64,000 nt of DNA from Coleofasciculaceae cyanobacterium (GTDB taxonomy: Bacteria; Cyanobacteriota; Cyanobacteriia; Cyanobacteriales; Coleofasciculaceae), in assembly GCA_049671305.1 (NCBI GenBank), contig JBATUR010000034.1, forward strand, positions 27,195-91,194. The letters run 5' to 3'. Position 1 is the first letter of the stretch, and each line of letters begins with the position of its first letter. This document shows positions 1 through 8,712 of this stretch, one piece after another. Made by a program: the position numbers and the translations under genes. The notes under the pieces were generated by a model. The model saw nothing but the letters and a program-made list of their open reading frames with translations. It did no database searches and was not told the origin of the DNA.

Positions 1-732
1 ATCTTGCTTGTTGACTGCATATCCCTGAGCTTCAAACTGCTCAATGAGAGTTGTAGATACCCGGCGAAAAGGAGTTTGTTTGACTTGCCAACAACCACCG
101 TTACAACTTTGTTGAGCATTTTCAAAATTAGGTACACCAGCTATAAGTTCATTTGGAGTTGGTGTGGGACTAGCAATTGGAGTTGGAGTTGGAGTTGGAG
201 TTGGTGTGGGTATGGGAGTTGGTGTTGGTGTGGGGCTAGCAATTGGTGTGGGTATGGCACTGGCAATTGGCGTGGGAGTTGGTGTGGGTATGGCACTGGC
301 AATTGGCGTGGGAGTTGGCGTGGGTATGGCACTGGCAATTGGTGTGGGAGTCGGTGTGGGTATGGCACTGGCAATTGGTGTGGGAGTCGGAGTATTTTGC
401 TCAATTATGGGAGTTGGTTTAGGTGACTCAATGATCGGATTCAGTCTGGCAGGCGGCGTCTTTGCTTGAGGAGGGGGCACCGGAGTTTGGTTTTGTTTAA
501 CTGTAGGGGAGGGTTTGGGCAATGGCACAACGGGGGTTGGTTTGGGGGGAGGCTGACTTGGCAGTTGTGTAATTTTGACTGATTCTTTCTTCTTGGATGA
601 AGATTTTGCTTCCGGTTCAACGGGAATTGGCATCATCAACAGTAACCCATGCAGTCCCAAAGAGAGGTACAGCATCGGTCGAATCAGGGTTTTGATAGAA
701 CTAGGCAAGTTGTTTAAATTATTTAGTGACAT
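1..732 (-). CDS. Partial (3' end runs past the window start) protein with an N-terminal hydrophobic anchor, a long Pro/Thr-rich repetitive linker ([10 protein letters not shown] units) and an unassigned C-terminal domain
   Basis: Hand translation of the minus strand from the ATG at 732 to position 1 is stop-free for 244 codons. The N-terminus is [40 protein letters not shown], followed by the PT-rich linker. The ORF-track frames at 4..426(+) and 141..404(-) cover the same repeats in other frames and are probably artefacts. Confidence 0.5.
   Translation of the reverse strand, partial: MSLNNLNNLPSSIKTLIRPMLYLSLGLHGLLLMMPIPVEPEAKSSSKKKESVKITQLPSQPPPKPTPVVPLPKPSPTVKQNQTPVPPPQAKTPPARLNPIIESPKPTPIIEQNTPTPTPIASAIPTPTPTPIASAIPTPTPTPIASAIPTPTPTPIASAIPTPIASPTPTPTPIPTPTPTPTPTPIASPTPTPNELIAGVPNFENAQQSCNGGCWQVKQTPFRRVSTTLIEQFEAQGYAVNKQD
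175..420. repeat. Tandem repeats: 12-bp units (ggagttggagtt) followed by about 4-5 copies of a 36-bp unit (ggtatggcactggcaattggYgtgggagtYggYgtg). On the minus strand they encode PT(n) and [12 protein letters not shown]
   Basis: The periodicity is directly visible in the sequence and explains why all six frames are open here. Confidence 0.85.
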
Positions 733-1125
733 GATGTTTTTAATAGCCCAAGCGGATTTTGAGTTGTTGACAGATAGGGAACAACTTGCTGAGGTAGATT
801 GACTTTTGACAATTGTTATCAAAAAGATATCATATTAATTGCTAGTAAATCTAGTAATTAATATGATTTAGATAGCTTTTTTGTTTTGAATCGAACTCAG
901 TCCGCATTCTTTGATCGAGAATTTATGGCAGCAATTTTTAGACAGCAGCACTCACTACTTGCCAAACGATTGCTAAAAAGCAACATTGCCTCAATCTCTA
1001 TAGGGAAGAGCAGATTGATTATCGGACAATGCCACAAAAAATATGAAGATTTATTACTAAAGATGTAGAGTAATCAGCTATACTTTTGTAACATAACAGA
1101 AATAAAAATAGAAAGGTATTAATTC

Positions 1126-1305
1126 ATGCCCTATACCGAAGAAGAAGGCGGACTGCTAAACAATTTTGCTAAAGAGCCAAAAATCTATGAAGCAGAGCCA
1201 CCAACAGCAACAGAAAAACGTAACTATGTCTTTCTAGGCATTGCCGCGATGGCTTTGGTCGGTAGTTTAATCTTCGTGGCTGTTTCGGCATCCAGCGTTG
1301 GTTAA
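1126..1305 (+). CDS. Small single-TM protein (59 aa) with an HLIP-like N-terminal motif (LLNNFAKEPKIY). It resembles Psb34, a photosystem II assembly factor
   Basis: The ORF falls below the 60-aa cutoff of the ORF track. Sequence is MPYTEEEGGLLNNFAKEPKIYEAEPPTATEKRNYVFLGIAAMALVGSLIFVAVSASSVG. An AAAGG ribosome-binding site lies about 10 nt upstream. The second half is a single hydrophobic helix, and the NNFA-EP motif is typical of the high-light-inducible protein / Psb34 N-terminus. Confidence 0.45.
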   Translation: MPYTEEEGGLLNNFAKEPKIYEAEPPTATEKRNYVFLGIAAMALVGSLIFVAVSASSVG

Positions 1306-1366
1306 ACAAAGCGCAGGTTGGCACAAGAAGCCATTGAGATTAAGGGCAGAGAACAACCACGCGAAA

Positions 1367-2179
1367 TCATCCACTAGCTGATTGAATGATTTTCATGACA
1401 TTTAGAGTACTGCGATAGCTCTCTGTCCTTCCTTGAGTTTGAAATAAATCAGCCGCTTTTTGTAAATCTGCGATCGCCTCGGTGCTATTTTTGAGATTAA
1501 AGTGAGTCAGTCCACGGTTATAAAAAGCTTCCGCGAAGGTAGATTGAATCCGAATTGATTCTGTATAATCAGCAAGAGCTTTTTGATACTGCTTGAGCCG
1601 ACTATAGGTTAAGCCCCGGTTGTAGAAAGCTCTAGCACTATTAGGATTGAGAGTCAGTGCTTTCTCGTAATCGGCAATTGCCGCAGCCGAGTTTCCTAGT
1701 TCATCATGAGCGTTACCACGGCTAATGAAAGCTGTGTCATTATTAGGATCAATAGCGATCGCTGTGGTCAAGTCAGAGACGGCTTGATTGTAATTTCTCG
1801 TAACATAATGAGTGTAACCACGGTTGCTAAAAGCCTGACTAAACTTAGGATTAAGCCGAATAGCATCAGTGTAATCTTGAATCGCCTTGTCATAATTACC
1901 AAGGGTATGTTGAGCATAGCCTCGGTTGTAGAAAGTATCGGCATCATTAGGATTAAGTTGCAACGCCTGGTTAAAATCGGCGATCGCACCTGCATAATTA
2001 GGGGTTTGAGAATTAAGTTTATCTACACCTCTGTTGTAAAAGTCCGCAGCACTCATCGTCGTTTTGCCTTCAACTGACGGTTGCGGCACAGGAGGCGGCG
2101 TCTGCGCTTGCACAACCAAGCTGTCAGATACTACCGCTAATCCTACAATCAAAGTCGCTCGATAAATCAGATTGATCAT
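1367..2179 (-). CDS. Tetratricopeptide-repeat (TPR) protein with an N-terminal signal peptide
   Basis: There are six to seven repeats of the A.FYNRG...G.Y..A..DY..A type after a hydrophobic N-terminus (MINLIYRATLIVGLAVVSDS). Confidence 0.85.
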   Translation of the reverse strand: MINLIYRATLIVGLAVVSDSLVVQAQTPPPVPQPSVEGKTTMSAADFYNRGVDKLNSQTPNYAGAIADFNQALQLNPNDADTFYNRGYAQHTLGNYDKAIQDYTDAIRLNPKFSQAFSNRGYTHYVTRNYNQAVSDLTTAIAIDPNNDTAFISRGNAHDELGNSAAAIADYEKALTLNPNSARAFYNRGLTYSRLKQYQKALADYTESIRIQSTFAEAFYNRGLTHFNLKNSTEAIADLQKAADLFQTQGRTESYRSTLNVMKIIQSASG

Positions 2180-2302
2180 GTTTCCTCCAAAGCACCTTTC
2201 TTTCTCTAGTTTTTAGCTCAATCTCTTTTGAAGAGAAATACGCTAAAAATTACCAACAAAAACATACTTAGTATATTTGCGGCTGATCATCCGCCACTAA
2301 TT

Positions 2303-2320
2303 AATGACTTGCAAGTCATT
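2303..2320. promoter_or_regulatory. Perfect 18-bp palindrome AATGACTTGCAAGTCATT in the divergent promoter region between the TPR gene and the psbP-like gene. It is a candidate dimeric transcription-factor operator
   Basis: The sequence is exactly self-complementary and sits 138 bp upstream of the + strand gene and 124 bp upstream of the - strand gene. Confidence 0.4.
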
Positions 2321-2457
2321 TAATACAACGGCAGCCCTGCTATGTTTATGATAGATCCGCTTGAAAAACAATTATTAATCATCAATCTGGTGAGTGGCAA
2401 TAAAACAGAATCACCGAAAGATGAGACAATGATCAAGCTAGATGAAGGGAGGAAGAG

Positions 2458-3000
2458 ATGCTCAAAACGATTGCTGTGGTAACGTTGTTAGTCTTGAGCT
2501 TAGGTTTACATGGATGCGCGTCGTCGGGTGTTAGTGGTTTAAAAAGTTATGTAGATACCGCCGACGGCTATGAATTTTTGTATCCTAACGGCTGGCTACC
2601 TGTCAAGGTGAGCGATGGTCCGGATGTTGTATTTCACGATATGATTGAGCGATCAGAAAATGTCAGTGTGGTTATTAGTGATGTTCCTGACGGCAAGACT
2701 TTAACTGATTTGGGAACACCAGGAGAAGTTGGTTATCAGTTACAAAAAAATGCCATTGCGCCTCCTAATTCAGGAAGAGTTGCTGAATTAGTAAATGCCG
2801 AAGCACGTCAGACTGGCGACCAGACTTATTATCTTTTGGAATATAGTGTTAAACTGCCCAACGAACAGCGCCATAATGTGGCAAGTGTGGCAGTAAGTCG
2901 TGGCAAACTCTTTACACTTAATACCTCGACAACTGAGAAACGCTGGAATAAATTAAAAGAGATGTTTGAGATAGTTGCTAAATCTTTTACAGTTTCTTAA
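2458..3000 (+). CDS. PsbP-like lipoprotein (CyanoP family, photosystem II lumenal protein)
   Basis: The N-terminus has a lipobox (LGLHGC). The ~160-aa PsbP-type domain carries the YEFLYPNGW, VVFHD and LGTPGEVG motifs that are typical of cyanobacterial PsbP homologues. Confidence 0.6.
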   Translation: MLKTIAVVTLLVLSLGLHGCASSGVSGLKSYVDTADGYEFLYPNGWLPVKVSDGPDVVFHDMIERSENVSVVISDVPDGKTLTDLGTPGEVGYQLQKNAIAPPNSGRVAELVNAEARQTGDQTYYLLEYSVKLPNEQRHNVASVAVSRGKLFTLNTSTTEKRWNKLKEMFEIVAKSFTVS

Positions 3001-3068
3001 GGCAGTGATTAGGTGTTAGGTATTAAGTGTAAAGATGCGATTTAAACTTGAAACATTCTTTACCGTAC

Positions 3069-4349
3069 CTAACACTCTGCCTCTATAGTTGTTTCAAATT
3101 CTCCACCTACCAAAGGTAGAGTTATCACAAATTCTGAACCTTTTTCAAGCGTTGAAAAAACCTCAATAGTTCCTTGATGTTTCGCGACAATAATTTGGCG
3201 GCTAATTGATAATCCTAATCCCGTACCTTGTCCTACAGGTTTAGTGCTAAAAAACTGTTCAAAAATCTTTTGACGTAATTCTTCAGGCATTCCTGAGCCA
3301 TTATCTGAAATCCTTATTAATACGTTTTTTTTGTCTGATGTGACTTCAGTGCAAATCGTAATTCTAGGAATAAAGTTTTGACAATCAGCATCAGGATTAT
3401 TTTGCATAGCCTCCATTTTTTCATTAATTGCATCAATAGCATTAACGAGGATATTCATAAACACTTGATTAAGTTGTCCAGGAAAACCTTCAATTATAGG
3501 TATTTCGCCATATTCTTTAATAACTTCAACATCTGTATTTAAGCCATTTTGTTGTCCAGATTTTGCTTGCAGACGCCGGATCAAAAGCATGAGAGTACTA
3601 TCAATACCTTGATGTATATCAACAGGTTTAGATTCAGATTCATCCCGATGAGAGAAAACTTTTAGAGAGCGTACAATTTCCAATATTCGCTCTGCACCAA
3701 CTTCCATTGACTGCAAAAGTTGAGGCAAATCTTCTTTAAGAAATTCCCAATCAATTTCTTCTGAATAAGCTTGAACTTCTGGTATTACTTTAGAAGTATG
3801 TAGTTCATATAAATCAATTAATTTTAGTATTTCATAAGTATATTGCTTGGCATGAGGTAAATTAGCATAAATAAAATTGACAGGATTATTAATTTCGTGT
3901 GCTACTCCAGCAACTAGTTGTCCTAATGCTGCCATTTTTTCTTCTTGTAGAAGTCTTAATTGTGCTTTACGAAGTTCCAGATGTACTTTAATACGAGCTA
4001 AAACTTCCTGTTGTTCAATCGGTTTTGTGATGTAATCAACAGCGCCTAAGTTCAAACCATTAACTTTATCTACTACATCAGAAAGCGCTGTCATAAAAAT
4101 TATTGGAATATCTTTAGTTCTCACATCAGCTTGCAAACGCCGACAAGTTTCAAAACCATCAATACCAGGCATCATTACATCTAATAAAATCAAGTCTGGT
4201 AAGGCTTGATGTACTTTTAAGAGAGCACTTTCGCCACTTTTAGCAACTGATACTTTAAATCCAGACTGGTTTAACAGTTCAAAAAGAACTTTAAGATTTG
4301 TTGGTGTATCATCAACAATTAAAATTGAGTTTTGCTGTACAATTTTCAT
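3069..4349 (-). CDS. Response-regulator receiver fused to a histidine kinase (REC–HisKA–HATPase)
   Basis: The N-terminal REC domain has LIVDD...DLILLDVMMPGIDGFE. The H-box is VAHEINNPV and the G2 box is GTGLGLSI. It lies downstream of the 933-aa hybrid kinase and on the same strand. Confidence 0.85.
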   Translation of the reverse strand: MKIVQQNSILIVDDTPTNLKVLFELLNQSGFKVSVAKSGESALLKVHQALPDLILLDVMMPGIDGFETCRRLQADVRTKDIPIIFMTALSDVVDKVNGLNLGAVDYITKPIEQQEVLARIKVHLELRKAQLRLLQEEKMAALGQLVAGVAHEINNPVNFIYANLPHAKQYTYEILKLIDLYELHTSKVIPEVQAYSEEIDWEFLKEDLPQLLQSMEVGAERILEIVRSLKVFSHRDESESKPVDIHQGIDSTLMLLIRRLQAKSGQQNGLNTDVEVIKEYGEIPIIEGFPGQLNQVFMNILVNAIDAINEKMEAMQNNPDADCQNFIPRITICTEVTSDKKNVLIRISDNGSGMPEELRQKIFEQFFSTKPVGQGTGLGLSISRQIIVAKHQGTIEVFSTLEKGSEFVITLPLVGGEFETTIEAEC

Positions 4350-4449
4350 CTTTCATCCTTAAGGGTAATAAAATTGTTAAGATAAATATTGCTAAATTAA
4401 ATTTTAAAACTAAATAACTAAAAGTTAAGCTAGTTATTTAAGCTGAGAT

Positions 4450-7251
4450 TTATATATTGTGATTGAAAGTTGAGGAAACATCAATTAAACTTACAATTGC
4501 TTCATCCTCAAAAGCTTGTGCTAGTTCGATAACTTTATCAGCAAAGACAGCGTATTTTGGATTAGCTTGCTTAAGGCGATTTGCTTCTGCCTGAATGTCT
4601 AAAATATAGCCACTTTTTGCGGCTTTAAGCAGAGTTGATAGCTCAGACTGTGGAGGAATTAGCATTTCACTAGAAACAGATATATCTTTAGTTCGATTAT
4701 TCAATACTGGCTTAACTTGATAAGTCCATTTTAAGTTTAAATACTTTTTTAATTGCTGAAGTAATTCTTCAGATTGTACAGGCTTAGGAATAAAATCATT
4801 ACATCCTGCATCCCAACTTTGTTGGCGAGTAAAGCTAAACACACTTGCAGAAGAGGCGAGGATCGTAAGATTTTGAAAAGCTTCGGAAGCACGGAGGCGT
4901 TGAGTCATTTCAAAACCATTCATTACAGGCATTGTTAGGTCTGTAATAATCAGGTTAGGCTGCTCTTTTGCTGCTTTCTCTATAGCTTCTTGTCCATTTT
5001 CAGCTTCAATCACTTCAAAGCCAATTGGCTTTAGCATATTAACAACTACGGAACGATTTTGCCAGCGGTCATCTACTATTAAGATCTTTTGTGGCTTTCC
5101 TGAGTAACCAACTACAGTTTGATGACATTTAAGGGAAGCTAGCTCAATATTAGTTGTGGCTTCTTGTAAATCGAGATCAAACCAAAAATTACTGCCTTTT
5201 CCATAAGTACTTTCAACTTTAATTTCACTACCCATTATTTCGATAATTTTCTGACTAATTGCTAATCCTAAACCTGTACCTTCCACCTTCAGTGCATTGT
5301 CTCCTACCTGCTCAAAAGGTAAAAAGATTTTCTCCAATTGTTCAGGAGTCATACCAACTCCACTGTCTTCTATTTGAAAGCGAATTTTGTAAATATGTGG
5401 CTGTGGCTCATTAGTTATTGGCTCTAAATTGATAGTAGGCGGATTTGCTACGTCTGTTACTACACCAACTTTAAAGATTACACTACCTTCACTTGTAAAC
5501 TTAATTGCGTTTCCTAAAAGATTAATTAATACTTGACGCAAACGTTTTTGATCAGCATTAACTGCTAGAGGTAAAGGATTCAGGATCTGATAGGTAAAGT
5601 TAATTTCTTTTTGTTCAGCTTTTAAGTAACAAATTTCCTTAACTTCTTGTAAAAAGGGTAGAATTTGAAAATCTGTTAGTTGAAGCTCTAGTTTTCTTGC
5701 CTCAATTTTAGAAATATCTAAAATATCATTAATTAACATTAAAAGATGGGAACCGCATTGATAAATAATACCAAGTCCATCTTGTTGTTTAGAAGTAGTT
5801 GTGGGCTCTTGTTTTAAAATTTGTGCATAGCCAAGAATGCCATTAAGAGGCGTACGAAGTTCATGGCTCATATTTGTTAAAAATTCGCTTTTAGCTTGGT
5901 TAGCAGCATCAGCAGATTCTTTGGCTATTTTTAATTCAGTAGTTCTTTTTTCTACCCGTTTTTCTAATTCATCATTCGTCTGTTCTAGAAAAGTAAAAGA
6001 CTGTCTAAGTTGACCAGCCATACCATTAAAAGCTTGCGCCAAAACGCTCAATTCTTTAATAAATTTAACATCCACAGTTTGATTGAGGTTGCCAGCAGCA
6101 ATAGCACGACTTGCTTCACTTAAGCGCAAAATTGGCTTAACAATCCAATGAGAAGTATAGATTCCTAAGCCTGTAGCTATTACTAATGCCCACAAACAAA
6201 GTAAAATTGTGTTGCGGTTGTTAGCATTAATTTGATCCATAAAATCAGTTTCAGGAACAACCACAACTACTAACCAATCTATGCCTAACTTATCCCGCCA
6301 AGGAGTAACTTGTACAAATTGGCGCTCACCTTTTAAGTTAAAATCAATTTCTTGATTAGCTTTAATATCCTGAAAATTACCAAACTTTGTTTTTAAATAT
6401 TGAGCTGTTGATTTAATTAAAGGATCTTGACTACTTATAGTATTAAGTCGTTGAGCTTTGCCCTGAACTGTAACATAAGGCAATTCACTAGCTGAACTAG
6501 CAACTAGTAAACCGCTACGTTCTACAATAAAAATCTTTCCTGATCTGCTAACTTTTAAGTTGCTTAAAAAATCACTAATTTGTGAAAGCAGATGATCGAT
6601 GCTTAAAACACCAATAATCTTTTTATTCTGATCGTAAACGGGATAGCTAGAAGAAATTGATAAAACCTCTGGCTTATCTTCCCATTGATAAATGCTGCTC
6701 CATATTGGTTTGCCAGTCTTTAAAGGCTCTGTATACCAAGCCTCTGTACGGGGGTCCCAATCTTTAACTATTAGCTGTTTGCTGCGATTTCCAAGTTGGT
6801 CTGTTGCGTAAACAAAGAGTTTTCCAAGTTGAGTTTGCTCAGAAACTTCATTAATTAGTAACTCTCCTTCGTTAAGACGTTCAACTCCAATAAATTCACC
6901 TTTTGTATTACCATAAGAAATATAGCCAACATCGAACACCTGCATTTGTTTCCAAAAATACTGTCCGGTGCTGGTAAAATCTTGTAAATTTAATAAACCT
7001 AAATCAACCGCATCCAAATTAAGTTGATTGAGCTGATGAGGAGTAGCTAAGTAACTATCAAGATGCTGATCGACAAGGTTGCTGGCTTTATCAATTAACT
7101 GATGAGCAAGATCATTGACTGCCTGTTGGCTATTTCTAAAAGAAAGATACCCAACTAGTCCTACCGCTGCCATGATTTGTGCAACAAAGGGTATCACCAG
7201 AACGAGGCGGAGTGGGACTTTATGTTCATTTTTGTTACCCGGAGTTGGCAT
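4450..7251 (-). CDS. Hybrid sensor histidine kinase with the order TM – periplasmic Cache-like sensor – TM – HAMP – HisKA – HATPase – REC – Hpt
   Basis: Two hydrophobic segments flank a ~300-aa extracytoplasmic domain. The H-box is [19 protein letters not shown], the ATPase motif is [13 protein letters not shown], the REC domain has ILIVDD...[14 protein letters not shown], and the C-terminus is an Hpt-like helical domain. Confidence 0.85.
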   Translation of the reverse strand: MPTPGNKNEHKVPLRLVLVIPFVAQIMAAVGLVGYLSFRNSQQAVNDLAHQLIDKASNLVDQHLDSYLATPHQLNQLNLDAVDLGLLNLQDFTSTGQYFWKQMQVFDVGYISYGNTKGEFIGVERLNEGELLINEVSEQTQLGKLFVYATDQLGNRSKQLIVKDWDPRTEAWYTEPLKTGKPIWSSIYQWEDKPEVLSISSSYPVYDQNKKIIGVLSIDHLLSQISDFLSNLKVSRSGKIFIVERSGLLVASSASELPYVTVQGKAQRLNTISSQDPLIKSTAQYLKTKFGNFQDIKANQEIDFNLKGERQFVQVTPWRDKLGIDWLVVVVVPETDFMDQINANNRNTILLCLWALVIATGLGIYTSHWIVKPILRLSEASRAIAAGNLNQTVDVKFIKELSVLAQAFNGMAGQLRQSFTFLEQTNDELEKRVEKRTTELKIAKESADAANQAKSEFLTNMSHELRTPLNGILGYAQILKQEPTTTSKQQDGLGIIYQCGSHLLMLINDILDISKIEARKLELQLTDFQILPFLQEVKEICYLKAEQKEINFTYQILNPLPLAVNADQKRLRQVLINLLGNAIKFTSEGSVIFKVGVVTDVANPPTINLEPITNEPQPHIYKIRFQIEDSGVGMTPEQLEKIFLPFEQVGDNALKVEGTGLGLAISQKIIEIMGSEIKVESTYGKGSNFWFDLDLQEATTNIELASLKCHQTVVGYSGKPQKILIVDDRWQNRSVVVNMLKPIGFEVIEAENGQEAIEKAAKEQPNLIITDLTMPVMNGFEMTQRLRASEAFQNLTILASSASVFSFTRQQSWDAGCNDFIPKPVQSEELLQQLKKYLNLKWTYQVKPVLNNRTKDISVSSEMLIPPQSELSTLLKAAKSGYILDIQAEANRLKQANPKYAVFADKVIELAQAFEDEAIVSLIDVSSTFNHNI

Positions 7252-7463
7252 GGTTTTTGAACTCTTAGCAGTCGAGGAATAAACTAGTACCTAAAAATTG
7301 ACCTATTGATCAAAAATAACATTTACAGCTAACCTGATTTTTAATAATATTTAAAATTCCTAGTCTTATCTTCTTAATATAGGTGTTATCTGAAGCAATA
7401 TTTGTGATAATTATCAATGTGCCTAACCATTCTTGACACAATTTATCCTGATTTTTTTAGTTT

Positions 7464-8057
7464 ATGGGTGTCCCAACCTTTGTTTTAGCTTCTGCTTCAC
7501 CAGCTCGTAAACGCTTGTTACAAAATGCGGGTATTGAACCAATGGTTTGTATTAGCGATTTTGATGAGTCTCAAATTCAACTAACTGAACCAGTAAATTT
7601 AGTGGAGACTCTGGCGTTGCACAAAGCTCAAGCTGTTGCCAGTCAATGGAAGGAGGCATTGGTATTAGGTTGTGATTCGGTTTTGAGTGTGGGAGGTGAA
7701 ATTCATGGCAAACCCAAGGATAAAGAAGAAGCGATCGCACGTTGGCAAAAAATGCGCGGCAGTGAAGGCAATCTTTACACAGGTCATGCTTTGATTGACT
7801 TAGCTCAACAGAAAACCCTAGTACGCTGCGGCATCACTAAAGTCTATTTTGCCGAAGTTAGCGATCGCCAAATTGCTGCCTACGTCGCTACAGGTGAACC
7901 TCTAAAATGCGCTGGCTGCTTTGCCTTAGAAGGTCGTGGCTCACTTTTTGTCGAAAAACTTGAAGGGTGTCATACCAATGTTATTGGTCTTAGCTTACCG
8001 CTTTTGCGGCAAATGTTGGCTCAACTAGGATACGACGCCACAGATTTTTGGCAATAA
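7464..8057 (+). CDS. maf: Maf-like nucleoside-triphosphate pyrophosphatase / septum-formation protein
   Basis: The [13 protein letters not shown]-terminus and the ~195-aa length are typical of the Maf/YhdE family. Confidence 0.8.
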   Translation: MGVPTFVLASASPARKRLLQNAGIEPMVCISDFDESQIQLTEPVNLVETLALHKAQAVASQWKEALVLGCDSVLSVGGEIHGKPKDKEEAIARWQKMRGSEGNLYTGHALIDLAQQKTLVRCGITKVYFAEVSDRQIAAYVATGEPLKCAGCFALEGRGSLFVEKLEGCHTNVIGLSLPLLRQMLAQLGYDATDFWQ

Positions 8058-8119
8058 AAAAAGCAAGTTGAGAATATAAACCGCCAGCAGCCGTCAAAAT
8101 TCGCAACATTGCCCAAGGG

Positions 8120-8611
8120 ATGCTCTATTTAATGCCGTTCTGGGCTAATATGCAAGCTAACTGCAAAGCCAGAGGCAAGCCTAAACCTATGTCAACCAGC
8201 GACGACTTCAAACAACAACTCAAAGCAGGCAAGATTATTGATGCTCTTACCCTGGCACTGGGTGAAGCCGTTGAGTTAGAAATTACCACCTGGGTATCTT
8301 CAGCTAATGACTCAAAAACCTCAGTTGAAGCAACATCATCTTCTGACCGGATGCGGACTCGCATTAATATAGTTGATGGTGACATTAATAATGAAGTTGG
8401 TACTCAGTTTATTGGCGATGGTCCTTATACCGAACTACAACAATTTCACTCGTCGCAGGTTCAAGATGCACCGCTGATGATCCAGCACAATTTGGCAAAT
8501 TTGCAACAACTATTTAGTGTTTTAACTAGCACATTATCCCAACTACCAACGGCATCACCCAGGCGAGTTGAAGGCAATTCGGTACTGCCAGCCTCTGAGG
8601 ATAATTCTTAA
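8120..8611 (+). CDS. Hypothetical protein, paralog A of a tandem pair. The conserved ~130-aa domain starts at SDDFKQQLKAG, and the true start is possibly the internal Met near 8189
   Basis: It shares DDFKxQLKAG...L.ITTWV...R.RTRIN...G...NE.G.QFI..GPY.EL.QFH with the N-terminus of the next gene. Confidence 0.5.
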   Translation: MLYLMPFWANMQANCKARGKPKPMSTSDDFKQQLKAGKIIDALTLALGEAVELEITTWVSSANDSKTSVEATSSSDRMRTRINIVDGDINNEVGTQFIGDGPYTELQQFHSSQVQDAPLMIQHNLANLQQLFSVLTSTLSQLPTASPRRVEGNSVLPASEDNS

Positions 8612-8712
8612 ATTGTGCCAGTTGAGAGGCACTCACAAAAGCACCACAGCGATCGCGATCCTTCTTTTGTTAAATTTGACAAAACGTCAAAAAAACCACC
8701 TTCGCACTTTCC

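Noticed and set aside
4-469. ORF-track calls 4..426(+), 141..404(-) and 164..469(+), which encode GVGVGV and LPVPYP repeats
   Set aside because: All six frames are open across the 12/36-bp tandem repeats. Only the minus frame that starts at the ATG at 732 is continuous with flanking non-repetitive coding sequence, and the others are repeat artefacts.
1706-2077. 123-aa + strand ORF and 75-aa - strand ORF inside the TPR gene
   Set aside because: They are fully contained in a clearly TPR-encoding frame and have no features.
3008-3075. Inverted repeat AGGTGTTAGGTA ... TACCTAACACT downstream of the psbP-like gene as a terminator
   Set aside because: The ~40-nt loop and the absence of a T-tract make a classical intrinsic terminator unlikely. 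It may still be a convergent-gene stem-loop.
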